52,230 bases of DNA, from contig CALMNP010000028.1 of the NCBI GenBank assembly GCA_937868875.1, positions 1 through 52,230 of the forward strand, read 5' to 3'. A program made the translations under genes and the position numbers. Source of the DNA: an uncultured Bacillota bacterium (GTDB lineage Bacteria > Bacillota > Sulfobacillia > JAMDAP01). Positions 27,169-37,312 of the stretch are shown one piece after another; position 1 is the first letter of the stretch; every line of letters begins with the position of its first letter. The notes under the pieces are model-generated. The model was not told where the DNA came from. It made no database searches and saw only the letters and a program-made list of their open reading frames with translations.

Positions 27169-29074
27169 CCGCCGGCGCCTCCATTCCCTGCCCCGGGCTG
27201 CGGACACGCCGCCGCTGCTCCAGGTAGACCAACAACACGGCAATATCGGCAGGCGATACGCCCTCGAGCCGCTGCGCCTGGCCCACCGACGCCGGCTGCG
27301 CCGCCTTCAGCCGCAACCGCCCCTCCGTCGACAGCCCCATGACGGCATCGTAGTCCACGTCCTGCGGCAGATGGCGCTCTTCCATGCGCCGGAAGCGGGC
27401 CACCTGCTGCTGCTCGCGCTGCAGATATCCCTCGTACTTGACCTCCAACACCGCCTCCTCCAGGCACTCGCGATCCGCGGCGGCGACGTCGGCCAGAGCT
27501 GCAGCCACGTCGGGTACGCCTACTTCGGGACGCCGCAGCAAGGCCTCCACCGTTTCGGCTCGGCGCAGAGGCGAACCGCCGGCCTGCACCACCCTTTCGG
27601 CCAGAGGCGTGTCGGGTCCGGCCAGGCTGCCGGCGAAGTATCGCCGCAGGCCGTCGATCTCCGCCTTCCGCTCCTGGTAGCGCCGGTACCGCTCATCACT
27701 CACCAGACCCAGCTCACGCCCCTTCTGGGTCAGCCGAAGGTCGGCGTTGGACTGCCGCAGCAGCAGCCGGTATTCGGCACGACTGGTCAGGACCCTATAT
27801 GGCTCTGTGACTCCCTTCGTCACCAGATCGTCCAGGAGTACACCGATGTAGCCCTCATCGCGTCTCAGCATCCACGGTCCGAGGCCCTGAACCTGCCGGG
27901 CAGCGTTGACGCCTGCCGCCAAGCCCTGCGCCGCCGCCTCCTCGTAGCCAGAGCTGCCATTGAGCTGACCGGCGCTGAACAGGCCGGTCACGCCGCGAAC
28001 CTGCAGGCTCAGGTCGAGCTGATGCGGCAACAGGTAATCATACTCGATGGCATAGCCAGGACGGAGTAACTCGACTTCTTCCAGCCCTCGGACAGACCGA
28101 AGGACCTGCCACTGAACCTCCTCGGGGAGGCTCGTCGACAGCCCCAGGACGTACATTTCCGTGGTGTTCCAGCCCTCCGGTTCAAGGAAGACCTGGTGCC
28201 TCGCCTTGTCCGCGAAGCGCACCACCTTGTCCTCGACCGACGGGCAGTAGCGCGGACCCGCGCCTTCGATGACGCCGGTGTACAGCGGCGCCCGATGCAG
28301 GTTCTCACGGATCAGGCGGTGCGTCTCCTCCGTGGTGTACGTCAGCCAGCAGGACAGCTGGGGGCGCGGCACCGGGTGCGAGAGAAAGGAGAACCGCCGG
28401 GGCCGCTCGTCGCCCTTCTGCTCCGTCAGCCGAGACCGGTCCACCGTGCGGCCGTCAACCCGCGGCGGCGTGCCGGTCTTGAACCGGCCCAGCCGCACCC
28501 CGGATTCCCGCAGGTCGTCGGAAAGGCCTTGCGCCGGCAACTGCCCGCTGGGCCCAGACGAATAGGCGTACTCCCCGGTGATCACCCGCCCCTCCAGGAA
28601 CGTTCCGGTGGCCAGCACAACCGCCTTCGCTCCGTACTCTACGCCCGTGCGGGAGCGGACCCCCGCCACCCTTCCGCCATCCATCAGAACGGCCTCGATG
28701 GCGGCCTGCCGCAACTGAAGCCCGGGCTGTCCTTCCAGGGCGCGGCGCATGTAGGCCTGGTACGCCCTCTTGTCCGCCTGTGCCCGCAAGGCCTGAACCG
28801 CGGGCCCCTTGCCGGTATTCAGCAGCCTCATCTGCAGGAACGTGGCGTCAATGGCCAGGCCCATCTCGCCGCCGAGGGCGTCAATCTCCCGTACCAGGTG
28901 GGCCTTCCCCGGCCCCCCGATGGACGGGTTGCAGGCCATGAACGCGATGTTTTCCAGGTTCGTGCTAACCGCCAGGGTCCTGCAGCCGAGACGCGCCGAC
29001 GCCAGGGCGGCCTCCACGCCGGCATGACCCAGCCCTACCACTACTACGTCATAGTTATCCGCCCTGTACGCCAA
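27158..29074 (-). CDS. mnmG: tRNA uridine-5-carboxymethylaminomethyl synthesis enzyme MnmG (GidA)
   Basis: FAD motif [57 protein letters not shown] start with SD GAGGTG 6 nt upstream. Confidence 0.95.
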   Translation of the reverse strand: MAYRADNYDVVVVGLGHAGVEAALASARLGCRTLAVSTNLENIAFMACNPSIGGPGKAHLVREIDALGGEMGLAIDATFLQMRLLNTGKGPAVQALRAQADKRAYQAYMRRALEGQPGLQLRQAAIEAVLMDGGRVAGVRSRTGVEYGAKAVVLATGTFLEGRVITGEYAYSSGPSGQLPAQGLSDDLRESGVRLGRFKTGTPPRVDGRTVDRSRLTEQKGDERPRRFSFLSHPVPRPQLSCWLTYTTEETHRLIRENLHRAPLYTGVIEGAGPRYCPSVEDKVVRFADKARHQVFLEPEGWNTTEMYVLGLSTSLPEEVQWQVLRSVRGLEEVELLRPGYAIEYDYLLPHQLDLSLQVRGVTGLFSAGQLNGSSGYEEAAAQGLAAGVNAARQVQGLGPWMLRRDEGYIGVLLDDLVTKGVTEPYRVLTSRAEYRLLLRQSNADLRLTQKGRELGLVSDERYRRYQERKAEIDGLRRYFAGSLAGPDTPLAERVVQAGGSPLRRAETVEALLRRPEVGVPDVAAALADVAAADRECLEEAVLEVKYEGYLQREQQQVARFRRMEERHLPQDVDYDAVMGLSTEGRLRLKAAQPASVGQAQRLEGVSPADIAVLLVYLEQRRRVRSPGQGMEAPADGQ

Positions 29075-29084
29075 TGCTCACACC

Positions 29085-30461
29085 TCACTTGCCAATGCAA
29101 AAGCGAGAAAAGACCTCGTCCAGCAAGGCCTCGGGCGCGTTCTCACCCGTCACCTCGCCCAAGGCCCCCCAGGCCTCCCTGAGGTCAACTGCCGCCAGGT
29201 CCAGGCTGACGCCGCCCTCCACGGCGGCCGCTGCCGTCTCCAGAGATGCTACCGCCCGTTCCACGGCATGCTTCTGACGGACGGTGCCCAACATCGGTTC
29301 CTCCCGGCGCCGCACGCCGGCGGCCCTGGCAATGGCCTGACGCAGGGCCCCAAGACCTTGTCCGGTCCTGGCGGACACCTCAAGGACGTCCGTCCCGCCG
29401 GCGATACGCTCGATCATGGCGGTCTCCGGTGCCCACCGTCTCAGGTCGGACTTGTTCACCGCCACGATGACCGGGGTCTTCGGCAAAGCCGCTGCCGCCG
29501 CCTCGTCCTCCGGCAGCCAACCCGCCCCGGCGTCGATGACGAAGACCACCACATCGGCCTGACGCAAGGCTGCGGCCGTTCGCCCCGTTCCGGCCAGCTC
29601 CAGGGGGTCAGCGCTCTCGCGCAGCCCCGCCGTATCGGCCAGAACCACAGGCACGCCCTCCACCACCAGCCCCTCCTCGATGACGTCGCGCGTCGTCCCG
29701 GGCACCGCACTGACGATGGCCCTCTCCTCACCAAGCAAAGCGTTCAGCAGAGAGGACTTCCCCACGTTAGGGCGCCCGGCCAGCACCACACGCAGCCCCT
29801 CACGGAGCAGCCGCCCCTCTTCCGCCCCGGCCAACAGCTCCCGGAGTGCCTCCATGCACGCCCGCAGTTCCCGACTCACCTGGGGCGGCTCCAACTCCTC
29901 CAGCTCCAGATCGGGGAAATCTCCCCTGGCTTCGATCTCCGCCATGACTCCCAGAAGTCGGTCCGCCACAGAGGAGACGCGACGCGACAGCTCACCCTCC
30001 AGCCGCCTCCGAGCGGCGTCGAAAGCGGCTCCGGTCCGTGCCTGCACCAGGTCGATCGTCGCCTCGGCCTGTGCCAGGTCCAACCGTCCGTTCAGGAAGG
30101 CTCGGCGCGTGAACTCGCCGGGGTCCGCCAGCCTGGCTCCGCCACGCAGAACCGCTTCCAGGGCCAGTCGAGAGGCCACCACGCCGCCGTGGCAGGAGAT
30201 TTCGACCACGTCTTCGCCTGTAAAGCTGTGCGGCGCCCGGCTGAACCAGGCCAGACCGTCGTCAAGCCGGCGGCCGCCCGGCCCGTCCAGGAGCCAGCCG
30301 TAATAAACCCGCCGCGGCCGCCCCTCCGCCAGCGACTCCAGGCGGGAGCAGCGAAACACGCGTGCGGCGCAGGTCACCGCCTCCGGACCGCTTAAACGGA
30401 CCACGCTTACCCCGGCCTCGCCGACGGCCGTGGCCAGGGCCGCAATCGTATCTCCCAGCAG
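29085..30461 (-). CDS. mnmE: tRNA modification GTPase MnmE (TrmE), apparent CTG start
   Basis: (L)LGDTIAALATAVGEAGVSVVRLSG matches the MnmE N-terminus (MDTIAAI...G.I.IVR.SG). G domain GRPNVGKSSLLN, DTAG, NKSD. C-terminal FCIGK. SD AGGAGG (30476..30471) is 9 nt upstream of CTG at 30461. The track TTG at 30521 lies inside the hairpin that follows jag. Confidence 0.85.
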   Translation of the reverse strand: MLGDTIAALATAVGEAGVSVVRLSGPEAVTCAARVFRCSRLESLAEGRPRRVYYGWLLDGPGGRRLDDGLAWFSRAPHSFTGEDVVEISCHGGVVASRLALEAVLRGGARLADPGEFTRRAFLNGRLDLAQAEATIDLVQARTGAAFDAARRRLEGELSRRVSSVADRLLGVMAEIEARGDFPDLELEELEPPQVSRELRACMEALRELLAGAEEGRLLREGLRVVLAGRPNVGKSSLLNALLGEERAIVSAVPGTTRDVIEEGLVVEGVPVVLADTAGLRESADPLELAGTGRTAAALRQADVVVFVIDAGAGWLPEDEAAAAALPKTPVIVAVNKSDLRRWAPETAMIERIAGGTDVLEVSARTGQGLGALRQAIARAAGVRRREEPMLGTVRQKHAVERAVASLETAAAAVEGGVSLDLAAVDLREAWGALGEVTGENAPEALLDEVFSRFCIGK

Positions 30462-30510
30462 TTGCTCCCACCTCCTGTCCAAGGCTTTCCCGCTGCGGCC
30501 AAAACCCGCC

Positions 30511-30542
30511 TTACACAACAAGAACCACCTCGCGGTGGTTCT
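30511..30542 (-). terminator. Terminator-like hairpin between jag and mnmE
   Basis: On the minus strand, AGAACCACC-gcga-GGUGGUUCU followed by UGUUGUGU. Confidence 0.5.
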
Positions 30543-30556
30543 CGCTTGCTCCTGCT

Positions 30557-31177
30557 TTAGCGCTTGGCGTCGATGACCACCTTGCGGAACGGCTCTTCGC
30601 CCTCACTGTATGTGGTCACGTACGGGCTGTTCTGGAGGGCCAGGTGAATGACACGCCTTTCGTGGGCGCTCATGGGCTCCAGCGCCATGCTCTGGCCGGA
30701 CCTGCGAACCTTGTCGGCCAGCCTCTCCGCCAGGCGCTGCAGCGTCTCTTCCCGGCGCCGCCTGTACCCTTCCACGTCCACGACAATCCGCTGCTTCTCA
30801 CTCGAGGCGCGGCTCGCAGCCAGGTTCGTCAGGTATTGCAGAGCGTCCAGCGTCTGCCCCCGCCTGCCGATCAAAATGCCGAGTTCGTCGCCCTTGACGT
30901 CAAAGAAGATGTAATCCTCGTCGCGGCGCGTGGCGATTTCCACGTCGAGCCCGATCGTCCGCGACACGTCCTGCAGCAACCGGCGCGCCACATCTTCTTT
31001 GGTCTCCTTGACGGCGACTCGCACCAGGGCATCCCGGGAACCGATCAGTCCGAAGAGACCCTTGGTCGGCTCCTCCAATACCTCGACCTGTACCTGCTCA
31101 GCCCTCACCCCAAGGTCCAACAGCGCCGCCGAGACGGCCTCCTCGACGGACCGGCCCCTCTTCTCCAGGCTCTTCAT
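30557..31177 (-). CDS. jag: Jag/KhpB RNA-binding protein (Jag-N, KH, R3H)
   Basis: KH-like LIGRRGQTLDALQYL. R3H LEPMSAHERRVIHLAL. It lies immediately downstream of yidC. Confidence 0.9.
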   Translation of the reverse strand: MKSLEKRGRSVEEAVSAALLDLGVRAEQVQVEVLEEPTKGLFGLIGSRDALVRVAVKETKEDVARRLLQDVSRTIGLDVEIATRRDEDYIFFDVKGDELGILIGRRGQTLDALQYLTNLAASRASSEKQRIVVDVEGYRRRREETLQRLAERLADKVRRSGQSMALEPMSAHERRVIHLALQNSPYVTTYSEGEEPFRKVVIDAKR

Positions 31178-31179
31178 GA

Positions 31180-31881
31180 TCAGGATGCCGCCTCCCCCTT
31201 AACGGGCGCGGGCCTCATCGGCATGAAGTAGTTCTGCACGATGGTGAACACGTTCTGCGTCACCCAATACAGAGATAGGCCCGCAGGATAGGTCAAAGCA
31301 TAATACCCAATCAGGAACGGAAAGATCATCATCATGGACTTCATGCTGCGAGCGGTCGGATCGTTGGGATCCGCGCTCATGGGCGTCAGAGCCGTCTGCA
31401 GATACGTGGTCACCCCGGCCAGAACCGGCAGCACCAGGTAGGGCCAGCCCAGGGGCATGGCCAGGCCGCCCGCGAACTTGAGCGCGGGATTGTGCGGGTC
31501 CGGCAGGGCCAGGTTGAGGCCCAGGAAGTAAGGAGCCCCCTGATACGGGAAGTTCCGCAGCACATTGAACAGCGCAATGATGATGGGGAACTGCAACAGG
31601 ACCGGTAAGCACCCGCCCAACGGGTTGGCCCCGGCCTTCTTATACAGTTCCATCGTCTCTTTGTTGAGCTTCTGCGGGTCGTTTTTGTGCTTCTTTCGCA
31701 GTTCGTTGATCTGCGGCTGAAGTTCCTGTATCTTTCGGGTAGAACGAATCTGAGCCACGGACAGGGGCAAAAGAATCGCTCTCACCAGGATGGTGAGCAG
31801 AATGATGGCCACGCCATAGTTGCCGACCAGGCCATAGAAGAACACCAGAACCGACTTGATGGCTTCGGTGAGAAACGACAA
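31180..31881 (-). CDS. yidC: YidC/Oxa1-family membrane insertase (SpoIIIJ type)
   Basis: GVAIILLTILVRAILLPLSVAQIRSTRKIQELQPQINELRKKHKNDPQKLNKETMELYKKAGANPLGGCLPVLLQFPI. TTG start with SD AGGAGG 8 nt upstream. Confidence 0.9.
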   Translation of the reverse strand: MSFLTEAIKSVLVFFYGLVGNYGVAIILLTILVRAILLPLSVAQIRSTRKIQELQPQINELRKKHKNDPQKLNKETMELYKKAGANPLGGCLPVLLQFPIIIALFNVLRNFPYQGAPYFLGLNLALPDPHNPALKFAGGLAMPLGWPYLVLPVLAGVTTYLQTALTPMSADPNDPTARSMKSMMMIFPFLIGYYALTYPAGLSLYWVTQNVFTIVQNYFMPMRPAPVKGEAAS

Positions 31882-31962
31882 GCCCGCAGCCTCCTTGTAT
31901 CTGCCCCTATGGTCTCAGCATGACCTTAAGATTATACCCTGAAGCGCCAAATCCTGCTAGTT

Positions 31963-32181
31963 TCAGGGTACAGGGTCGTACCCGCCCGGATGGAACGGGT
32001 GGCAGCGTGAGATTCGCTTCACCGCCAACCACCCGCCCCTCACGGCGCCGTGCCTTTCCACGGCCTCCAGCGCGTAAGCCGAACAGGACGGGTAGAAGCG
32101 GCAGGTCGGCGGAAACAAGGGCGAAATGAACCGCCGATAGAAACGGATCAGCAACAGCATGACCCACTGTATGGGATTCAC
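31963..32181 (-). CDS. yidD: Membrane protein insertion efficiency factor YidD
   Basis: [35 protein letters not shown]...[20 protein letters not shown] at 32181 forms a GTGA overlap with the rnpA stop. SD GGGAGGG lies upstream. Confidence 0.9.
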   Translation of the reverse strand: MNPIQWVMLLLIRFYRRFISPLFPPTCRFYPSCSAYALEAVERHGAVRGGWLAVKRISRCHPFHPGGYDPVP

Positions 32182-32531
32182 GGTGAACCGCCCTCCCGCC
32201 TGGACACGCCGCTGCGACGCAGGAGATCCTCCATCGCCGCACACACGTCCTGAAACGTGGCCTCCTTCAGCCCCGCCCGCGGCAGCCAGACCAACAGATG
32301 GCCGGCCGGCACACCCTTGCGAACCCGCAGAAACGCCTCCCGGAGGCGGCGCTTCACCCGGTTCCTGATTACCGCGGAACCCACCCGCCGCGATACGCTG
32401 TAGCCGACGCGGGAGACCGGCCCCTCCCAGCGCACCGTGTAGAGCACGAGCAGCCGGTTGGCCACGGACCGCCCCGCATCAAACGCCCGGCGGAAGTCTC
32501 GATTCTTCTTCAGCCGCTCAACCTCGGCCAA
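32178..32531 (-). CDS. rnpA: RNase P protein component
   Basis: [27 protein letters not shown]...[22 protein letters not shown] (RNR motif). Confidence 0.9.
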   Translation of the reverse strand: MAEVERLKKNRDFRRAFDAGRSVANRLLVLYTVRWEGPVSRVGYSVSRRVGSAVIRNRVKRRLREAFLRVRKGVPAGHLLVWLPRAGLKEATFQDVCAAMEDLLRRSGVSRREGGSP

Positions 32532-32574
32532 GACTTCGTCATCCTTTGCCGGAGGTCCAGACTAACCTTGCCAT

Positions 32575-32600
32575 AAAGGAAAAAGGCCGCAGACGCGGCC
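32575..32600 (-). terminator. Hairpin plus U-tract directly after rpmH (likely partial terminator)
   Basis: On the minus strand, GGCCGC-gucu-GCGGCC followed by UUUUUCCUUUAU. Confidence 0.6.
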
Positions 32601-32735
32601 TTATGCTGACAAACGCTTCCTGCCCCGGAGGCGGCGGCTGCGCAGCACCTTGCGACCACCGCGCGTGCTCATGCGATTGAGGAAACCGTGGACCCTCTTG
32701 TGTCGACGCACCTTGGGCTGGTATGTCCGCTTCAC
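32601..32735 (-). CDS. rpmH: 50S ribosomal protein L34 (too short for the supplied ORF track)
   Basis: My translation from GTG at 32735 gives [44 protein letters not shown] (44 aa), the canonical L34. SD GGAGGTGG 5 nt upstream. Confidence 0.95.
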   Translation of the reverse strand: MKRTYQPKVRRHKRVHGFLNRMSTRGGRKVLRSRRLRGRKRLSA

Positions 32736-33205
32736 GTTATTCCACCTCCAGATAACAGGCGAAAGACCCGACCAACATTGTATCCAACTCGCCCGCCATT
32801 GTCAACGAACCCATCGGGATGTCACTGTGAATAACCCGGACCCGCTTGTTGATAACTTGTCCATCATTTGCTATGATAGTCACGCCAAATCCACATGAAC
32901 CCGTGTTATTGAGCTGGCCGCCTAGCGCGGCCACTCGCATTATTAACAGCGTGTGGATAACCCTGTGCGTAACATGTTAGTAGCTTATACCCGCTTCCGG
33001 GACTCGGGTGCTTGTCCCTCGCCTACCATATTAAACCTGTCTTCAGGGCAGGCTTGTCCCAGCTTTCCTATGCACCTTCTGAATACCCTTTCCTTCCTTA
33101 CGGGCCGGAGGCCAGTCCCCCAGCAGTCGGGGTGGAAACGCGTTATCCACGACTTTATCCCCAACCTCTCCACAACTGTGGACATCCCAAGGGGGCCGTC
33201 ACAGC
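32736..33205. other. oriC: oriC, upstream half (rpmH-dnaA spacer) with DnaA-box cluster and the dnaA promoter region
   Basis: Matches to TTATCCACA on either strand: TGTGGATAA at 32952..32960 (perfect); TGTGAATAA at 32826..32834; TGTTGATAA at 32847..32855; TTATCCACG at 33143..33151; TTATCCCCA at 33155..33163 (1 mismatch each); AAATCCACA at 32887..32895 and TGTGGACAT at 33177..33185 (2 mismatches each). Confidence 0.85.
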
Positions 33206-34564
33206 GTGAATCATGACCTTGCTCTCCTCTGGTCCAAGACGCTCGAGCTGCTGGAACGGGACATTCCGCGCCCGAGCTTTGAAACCTGGCTCAAGCCGGC
33301 GCGCCCCATCGCCCTGTACGAGGACACCTTCGTCGTGGGGGCGCCTAATGAGTTGGCCCGCGGGCGCCTGCAGACCCATTACGCGCAGGCCCTGCGGGAC
33401 GCCGTTCGCGGTCTGACCGGACGGGAACTCAAGGTCAACGTTATTGTGCCGGGGCCCGGCACCGAAGGCCTCTTCGCCGAGGCGGAGGTGGCGGCCGCGT
33501 CTTCCGTGGCTACGGCTCCCTCCTTCCCCGAACCCGTCTTCAAGCCGCTCAACCCCAAGTACACCTTCGATACCTTCGTCGTGGGCAACTCGAACCGCTT
33601 CGCTCACGCCGCCAGCCTGGCCGTGGCCGAGACGCCGGCCCGCGCCTACAACCCTCTCTTCGTCTACGGCGGCGTAGGCTTGGGCAAGACCCACCTCATG
33701 CACGCCATCGGCCACTTTGTCCTGAGCCAGAATCCTGTGGCCCGGGTGGCCTACGTCTCTTCCGAAACCTTCACCAATGAGTTCATCAACTGCCTCCGAG
33801 ACAACAACACGGTCGAGTTCAAGAACCACTACCGCTCCGTGGACGTGCTCCTGATCGACGACATTCAGTTCCTGGCCGGCAAGGAGAGCACGCAGGAAGA
33901 GTTCTACCACACCTTCAACGCCATCCACGAGGCGAACAAGCAGGTCGTCATCAGCTCGGACCGGCCCCCCAAGGAGATTCCTACCCTGGAGGAACGCCTG
34001 CGCTCCCGCTTCGAGTGGGGCCTTATCTGCGACATTCAGCCGCCGGACCTGGAGACTCGAATCGCCATCCTGCGCAAGAAGACGAGAACCGAGTCTCTTA
34101 CCGTCTCCGACGACGTCATGGTCTACATCGCCGCGCACATCGAGACCAACATCAGGCAGCTGGAGGGCGCCCTCACCCGCGTCATGGCCTATGCCACCGT
34201 CCATTCGGTGCCCGTCAACCTGGAGACCGCAGCCGAGGCCTTGAAGGACATTCTGCCCCAGAGCAAGCCCAAGCAGATCACCATCGACCTCATTCAGGAG
34301 GTTGTGTCCTCCTACTACAACCTCCGCGTCGAGGACTTCAAGGTCCGCAAACGCACCCGGGCCCTGGCCTTCCCGCGCCAGGTCGCTATGTACCTGGCCC
34401 GGGAACTGACGGACGCCTCCCTGCCCAAGATCGGCGAGGAGTTTGGCGGCCGCGATCACACCACCGTCATCCACGCCTGCGACAAGATCGCCCACGACAT
34501 GGCGGCTGACGAGGCCCTGGCCCAATCGGTCAAGGTCATCATCGAGCGCATCCGCTCTCGCTGA
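33206..34564 (+). CDS. dnaA: Chromosomal replication initiator protein DnaA
   Basis: [13 protein letters not shown], Walker [41 protein letters not shown]-type box, domain [34 protein letters not shown]. Confidence 0.97.
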   Translation: MNHDLALLWSKTLELLERDIPRPSFETWLKPARPIALYEDTFVVGAPNELARGRLQTHYAQALRDAVRGLTGRELKVNVIVPGPGTEGLFAEAEVAAASSVATAPSFPEPVFKPLNPKYTFDTFVVGNSNRFAHAASLAVAETPARAYNPLFVYGGVGLGKTHLMHAIGHFVLSQNPVARVAYVSSETFTNEFINCLRDNNTVEFKNHYRSVDVLLIDDIQFLAGKESTQEEFYHTFNAIHEANKQVVISSDRPPKEIPTLEERLRSRFEWGLICDIQPPDLETRIAILRKKTRTESLTVSDDVMVYIAAHIETNIRQLEGALTRVMAYATVHSVPVNLETAAEALKDILPQSKPKQITIDLIQEVVSSYYNLRVEDFKVRKRTRALAFPRQVAMYLARELTDASLPKIGEEFGGRDHTTVIHACDKIAHDMAADEALAQSVKVIIERIRSR

Positions 34565-34832
34565 TTCGTCCACAGACACCTGTTGGCAACCCTGTGGGCA
34601 GCCTGTGGGTACCCTGCTTCTCCACAGTTCGACAACAACCTGTGGGTAAAACGGACACCGTCGTCCACAACTTATCCGACCCCAGAATGCCCCAAGGGAC
34701 GCCCTCCAGGCCCCTTTTCCCCAAATCCACAGGCGCTATTACTCCGACTACGATGTACCTTTCCTATACGGGAAGGAAACCAAGCGCGAGTCACCAATTA
34801 TACACATACTACCCACAGCGAGGGGGAGCTTC
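34565..34832. other. oriC: oriC, downstream half (dnaA-dnaN spacer): dense DnaA-box-like repeats and a short AT-rich candidate unwinding element
   Basis: TTCTCCACA at 34618..34626 and TGTGGGTAA at 34641..34649 (1 mismatch each). TCGTCCACA at 34566..34574 and 34661..34669. TGTGGGTAC at 34604..34612. TTATCCGAC at 34672..34680. AAATCCACA at 34723..34731. CTACCCACA at 34809..34817. The AT-richest stretch, AATTATACACATACT, lies at about 34795..34809. Confidence 0.8.
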
Positions 34833-35948
34833 ATGAAGTTCACGGCCTCCCAGGCGGACCTTTCCTACGGCCTGCAGACCGTAGCCAAGGCGGTTTCCAC
34901 CAAGAACACCCTGCCCATCTTGTCGGGTATTCTGATCAAGGGTGACGGGAATCGACTCAACCTGACAGCGACTGACCTGGAGATCGGAATCGAATGCATG
35001 GTCTCCGCCCAGGTTGCGGAGGAAGGCTCCATTGTCCTGCCTGCTCGCTACCTCACCGAGATTGTCCGCAAGATCCCGGCCGCCGCGGTGGAGGTGGAGG
35101 TTGACCCCCGCAACTACACCGCCGTGCTTCGCTGGGACCGTTCCCAGTACACCATTCACGGCTTCTCGCCAGAGCAGTTCCCCTTCCTGCCCAGGGCGAC
35201 CCAGGACTCAGGCAACAAGCTGCCTCAGAATGTCCTGCGCAACATGATCCGTCAGACTGCCTTCGCCGTCTCCCACGACGAAACCCGGCCCATTCTAACC
35301 GGGGCCCAGATGACCCTGCGAGACGGTCATTGCCACCTGCTGGCGACCGACGGCGTGCGCATCGCCTACCGCCGCACAGCCCTCCCCGAGTCTCCGCAGG
35401 GTGAGCAGTCGTCCAGCCTGGTGCTCCCGGGCCGTACTCTCAGCGAACTCTCACGCCTCCTGGCGGCCAACGACGAGGACACCGTGGGCATCTCCGTGAC
35501 GCCCACCCAGGCCTTCTTCGACCTGGGAGACGTCCGGCTCGTCTCCCGCCTTCTGGAAGGTCAGTACCCCGACGTGCTCCGTCTTGTACCCCAGTCCTAC
35601 AGCACCAGCCTGACGCTTTCGGCCCAACAGCTGCATGACGCCTGCGAGCGCGCCTCGCTCATCGCCCGTGACGGCTCCGGCGCCATCAAGCTGGGGATCG
35701 ATCCGGAACGCGTCACCATCACCTCCAGTACGCCGGAGGTCGGTCAGGTATACGAGGAGGTCGCTGCCTCGGTGCAGGGAGATCCTCTGGAAATTGGCCT
35801 CAACCCCCGCTTCCTGATGGACGGGCTCAAGGCCCTGGACTCGGACCAACTGCTCTTCGAGTTCTCGGGCAATCGCACTCCCAGCCGCATGAAACCGCAG
35901 GACCGGGATGACTTCCTGTACGTGGTTCTGCCCATCGTAGTCTGGTAA
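34833..35948 (+). CDS. dnaN: DNA polymerase III beta sliding clamp
   Basis: MKFTASQADLSYGLQTVAKAVSTKNTLPILSGILIK...ATDLEIGIE...PRFLMDGLKAL. Confidence 0.95.
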   Translation: MKFTASQADLSYGLQTVAKAVSTKNTLPILSGILIKGDGNRLNLTATDLEIGIECMVSAQVAEEGSIVLPARYLTEIVRKIPAAAVEVEVDPRNYTAVLRWDRSQYTIHGFSPEQFPFLPRATQDSGNKLPQNVLRNMIRQTAFAVSHDETRPILTGAQMTLRDGHCHLLATDGVRIAYRRTALPESPQGEQSSSLVLPGRTLSELSRLLAANDEDTVGISVTPTQAFFDLGDVRLVSRLLEGQYPDVLRLVPQSYSTSLTLSAQQLHDACERASLIARDGSGAIKLGIDPERVTITSSTPEVGQVYEEVAASVQGDPLEIGLNPRFLMDGLKALDSDQLLFEFSGNRTPSRMKPQDRDDFLYVVLPIVVW

Positions 35949-35968
35949 CCACAGGAGTTGACCCACCC

Positions 35969-36196
35969 GTGTCACAGCCCTCGCCCGTCATCATTCACAC
36001 CGAGTTCATCCCCCTGGATGCCTTTCTCAAGTGGGCCGGTCTGGTGGGCACGGGGGGAGAGGCCAAGCAGCTTGTGCGCGCCGGCGAAGTCCGGGTGAAC
36101 GGGGTCCCCGAGTCCCGCGCCGGGCGCAAACTCGTGGAGGGGGACGTGGTCTCGCTGGTGGGCCGCTCCCTGAGGGTGGCACGTGAAGCTCGCTAG
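35969..36196 (+). CDS. yaaA: S4-domain RNA-binding protein YaaA
   Basis: IPLDAFLKWAGLVGTGGEAKQLVRAGEVRVNGVPESRAGRKLVEGDVV, sited between dnaN and recF as in Bacillus. Confidence 0.85.
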   Translation: MSQPSPVIIHTEFIPLDAFLKWAGLVGTGGEAKQLVRAGEVRVNGVPESRAGRKLVEGDVVSLVGRSLRVAREAR

Positions 36197-37301
36197 CCTG
36201 GGCCTGACGAACTTTCGCAACTACCGCCGGCTGGAGATGGAAGCGGGTCCCGGTGTCAACGTGCTCTTCGGCCGGAATGCCGCCGGCAAGACCAACGTTC
36301 TCGAGTCCATCTTCTTCCTGGCCACCAGCAGGTCGCACCGAACCCATCAGGATCAGGAACTGGTCCTGTGGGGCGAGGACGCCATGGCCGTGCGCGCCGT
36401 CCTCGACAGCGGCTACGGCCAGATCCAGGCGGAAATTCGCTACCAGTTGGACCATCGCAAGCAGATACGCCTGGGAGGATCGGCTGTCCGCATAACCGAC
36501 CTGCTGGGCCGCGTTCCGGTGGTGTTGTTCGCCCCGGATGACCTGCAAATGCTAAAAGGTAGCCCGGCCCTCCGCCGGCGCTACCTCGATCTCTTTTTGT
36601 CCCAGACCCACTCCGGCTACTTCAATGCGCTCCAGTCCTACCTCCGGGTCATCACGCAGCGAAACGGTTTGCTCAGGCAGTTGCGGGAGGGGGGTGGGTC
36701 CCCCGGCACGTTGGAGGTCTGGGACGAGCAGCTCCTGGACTACGCTGCCACCATCGTTGCCCACCGCCTGGACGCCCTGGAGATGATCCAGGAGCGAGCC
36801 CGCGAGGCTCAGGCCCAGCTCAGCGAGGAACGCGAGCACCTGACCCTCTCCTACGTCTTCTCCCCCGGCGGGCTGCCGGAAGGGAAGGAGCAGGTGCGCG
36901 AGGCGCTGGCTGCGGCCCTGCGGGAACGGCGGCGGGAGGAGCTGGCACGGGCCCAGACCACCGTGGGTCCGCACCGCGACGATCTGGCGGTTCTTATCAA
37001 CGGTGTGGAGGCCCGCTCCTTCGGCTCGCAGGGCCAGCAGCGTTCCGCCGTCCTGGCCCTCAAACTGGCCGAGATGAGCTACCTCCGCCGGCGCCTGGGA
37101 ACGGCCCCGGTGCTGCTGCTCGACGACGTTACCTCTGAGCTGGACGGAGGTCGCCGGGGGCTGCTTCTGGACGCGGTGGGCCGAGAGGCGCAGACCTTTA
37201 TCACCTGTACGACCCTTCACGACCTGGACCCGCGCTGGCTGGAGGCCTCGCGCCTCTACCAGGTGGACGCCGGCGAGGTCCGGATCCATTCAAACGACTA
37301 G
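36183..37301 (+). CDS. recF: DNA replication and repair protein RecF
   Basis: LTNFRNYRRLEMEAGPGVNVLFGRNAAGKTNVLE (Walker A). GPHRDDL. SQGQQRSAVLALKLAE. VLLLDDVTSELD. Confidence 0.95.
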   Translation: MKLASLGLTNFRNYRRLEMEAGPGVNVLFGRNAAGKTNVLESIFFLATSRSHRTHQDQELVLWGEDAMAVRAVLDSGYGQIQAEIRYQLDHRKQIRLGGSAVRITDLLGRVPVVLFAPDDLQMLKGSPALRRRYLDLFLSQTHSGYFNALQSYLRVITQRNGLLRQLREGGGSPGTLEVWDEQLLDYAATIVAHRLDALEMIQERAREAQAQLSEEREHLTLSYVFSPGGLPEGKEQVREALAAALRERRREELARAQTTVGPHRDDLAVLINGVEARSFGSQGQQRSAVLALKLAEMSYLRRRLGTAPVLLLDDVTSELDGGRRGLLLDAVGREAQTFITCTTLHDLDPRWLEASRLYQVDAGEVRIHSND

Positions 37302-37312
37302 GGGGTGCCGGT

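Noticed and set aside
31925-31962. TATAAT box plus inverted repeat CCCTGAA...TTCAGGG between yidD and yidC, considered as a separate yidC promoter or terminator
   Set aside because: No acceptable -35 element lies at 16-18 nt, and no U-tract follows the hairpin. The evidence is too weak for either call.
33155-34579. Long antisense ORFs opposite well-identified genes. Examples: 33155..34579(-) against dnaA; 37617..39350(-) and 39634..41712(-) against gyrB/gyrA; 10868..12187(+) against purA; 14464..15924(+) against lonC; 4970..6328(+); 1182..2549(+); 27026..28069(+); 29268..30395(+); 47551..48924(-); 49263..50162(-).
   Set aside because: Each lies exactly opposite a gene with strong family signatures. 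All have Gly/Arg/Ala/Pro/His-dominated composition, no SD and no motif. Stop-codon depletion on the antisense strand of high-GC coding DNA explains them.
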